Assembly (NCBI RefSeq): GCF_964204645.1
Contig: NC_134030.1
Span: 14,756,110-14,820,109 of the forward strand
DNA: 64,000 nucleotides
Direction: 5' to 3'
Origin: Tubulanus polymorphus
Taxonomy: Eukaryota; Animalia; Nemertea
Part shown: positions 62,059 through 64,000 of the stretch, piece by piece
Numbering within the stretch: position 1 is the first letter of the stretch
Layout of the letters: every line of letters starts with the position of its first letter
The notes under the pieces: generated by a model
Told to the model about the DNA's origin: nothing
The model's database searches: none
The model's input: only the letters and a program-made list of their open reading frames with translations
Made by a program: the position numbers and the translations under genes

Positions 62059-64000
62059 ATGGAAGCAAATAAGTACTACTGTCCAACATGTAATATCAAT
62101 ATAGATAAATCCCAAAAATCAAGACACAATAAAACTAAAACACATTTAGATAATAAATTGAAACTAGAATATAAAGATGATATATTAGAAACTAAATTAG
62201 ATGAATTAAAGAATGAAAAAGAAACATATAAATGTGATACATGTAATCAATCATTCAGTGATAAAAGATATTATAAAGAACATTTAAAATCTAAAAGTCA
62301 TATTAGAAATATGAATAATGATATTTTAGGTGAAGATTATTTTGATAATGATAATGATAAGAAACAGAAGACAATTAAAAGCATAAAAAATAAATTAAAC
62401 AATAAAAGACCATACATGGAAGATGTAAGAAATTATATTAATTCATTAGATAATAAAAAAAGATATAGAGATAACCGAAGCATTTAAAAGTGATATTGGC
62501 CCAGCAGCTATCGAGTTTAAATTTCATAAAGGAAAAACATTAGAAGAAAATAAAAAACATTTAGAAAATATGAAAAATATTATAAAAATAATTACTGATG
62601 TTGAATATCCTAAAATAAGTATTTCATCAAAAGTAAAGTTTATAAAATCTGAAGATAAACCAATATATAATATAAATTCTCATTCACAACATATTATTTC
62701 AAAACAACATATAGATGATAAATTAGATAAATGTTATAATGAAGTAAAAACTAAAATAGAAGAGAAATATTTTGAAGGATCTGGTTTAATATTTGATGAG
62801 ATAATATTTATGACTTTACATGTTTATAACACAAAATATAATAAGTTAACTAAATCAAAACCAATTGATGAAAATAATATATCATATTTATAAAGAACCA
62901 GATATTGAAGCATCGAGTTATATCAAACTACCATTTAAAACCAATGCTGTAATAAATGTACAAAATGAAGATGATAAATGTTTTCTATGGGCTATAATAA
63001 GTTGTTTACATCCAACAGAAGATATTACACATAGTTTTAGATTAACTCATTATAAACAATTTGAAAAAAATTATAAGATAGATAAGTATCCTGTTATAAT
63101 TAAAAACATCCCAAAAATAGAAAGAGATAATAATATAAAGATAAATGTATTTGATTTAATCAAATTACCAAATACAAAAGGTAACAATATAAAACATTAT
63201 ACATTAGAACCTCTATACTTATCAAAAGATTATGATTCAAATGATGTGATAGATATATTATATTATGAGAAACATTATATGTGGATTAAAAGAATTGATT
63301 TATTTTTCAAATCAGAAAATGATTTTGATAATAAAATATATGTATGTAGAAAATGTATAACTAAATTCAGAACTGAAAGGGTATTATTAAATCATAAACA
63401 ATTATGTGAAAATCATGATTATTGTAAATTAGTTTTACCAAATGAAAAAGATAAAATATTAGAATTCAAAAAATGTGATTACAAAAATAAAGTACCATTT
63501 GTAATATATGGAGATTTTGAATCATTAAATAAAGAATTAACTGATCAAGATAGAAAAGAAATATATTATAAAAGAAAGAAACAAAATTCTAATGAAAATG
63601 ATTTTTCAGATGAACCACCAAAAACAAATACTATTAAAAAGATTCATCAATCAGCTGCTGCTTTCGGGTTATATATAAAATCTGATTATCCAGAACTAAT
63701 TAAAAGTGAATATTATCATTATAGAAATGAAAATGTTATCAATCATTTTTGTGACTTATTAATTGAATATGAAATAAGATTTAGTAAATTATTGAATACA
63801 AATATAGAAATTATAATGACAGAAAAAGATAAAGAAGAATTTGTGTTTGCAGGTAAATGTTATTATTGTGAAAAGATATTTAATTATAAAGATAAAAAAG
63901 TAAGAGACCATGATCATTTGAATGGAAAGTTTAGAGGCGCTGCACATGAGAATTGTAACTTACAAGCTAAGAAAATTAACTTTGTACCAGTTATATTTCA
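62059..64000 (+). pseudogene. C2H2 zinc fingers followed by N-terminal part of protein-primed PolB (frameshifts near 62480 and 62885)
   Basis: YCPTC..H...H and YKCDTC..H...H; EGSG; SSYIKLP; VINVQNEDDKCFLWAI..LHP; HYMWIK; VPFVIYGDFES (Exo I); CYYC..VRDHDHLNGKFRGAAHENCN (endonuclease VII-like). Frame from 62892 is open to the window end. Confidence 0.9.

Larger units (their letters stand above)
61387..64000 (+). mobile_element. Polinton/Maverick-like virus fragment C (end structure, promoter, pPolB); runs off the window
   Basis: Terminal palindrome, repeat array, AT-rich ZnF-pPolB reading frames. Confidence 0.9.

Overview
AT-rich animal genomic DNA with spliceosomal introns; the repeat types suggest an invertebrate, probably a lophotrochozoan. 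One host gene is visible: eight + strand exons (18108-46797) of a cyclophilin G / PPIG-type SR-rich PPIase, whose first exons and 3' end I could not find in the window. Nearly everything else is mobile DNA: a full-length but frameshifted BEL/Pao LTR retrotransposon (4845-11592, GTAAG TSD, TG...TA ends) inserted into a palindrome containing a hammerhead ribozyme core; a Mutator/NOF-like transposase with a long Asp-rich repeat; piggyBac, Mutator and Harbinger MITEs; Helentron-like (HINE) repeats; hAT fragments; head-to-head tRNA-derived repeats; a Chapaev-like transposase; an RTE-X-like LINE; and an intron-containing Ulp1-protease/PHD relic that the ORF track misses. The most interesting content is three very AT-rich pieces of a Polinton/Maverick-like virus (about 33.1-34.75, 42.5-45.3 and 61.4-64 kb). 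They carry pPolB, a putative SSB, a minor capsid protein, small membrane proteins and a giant-virus-type HNH nuclease. Almost every gene start has a poxvirus-late-like TAAATG motif, while the polymerase end has a 206-bp fold-back followed by a CCAAT-array/kB/TATA/E2F Pol II-type promoter. All family calls come from motif recognition only; no searches were run.
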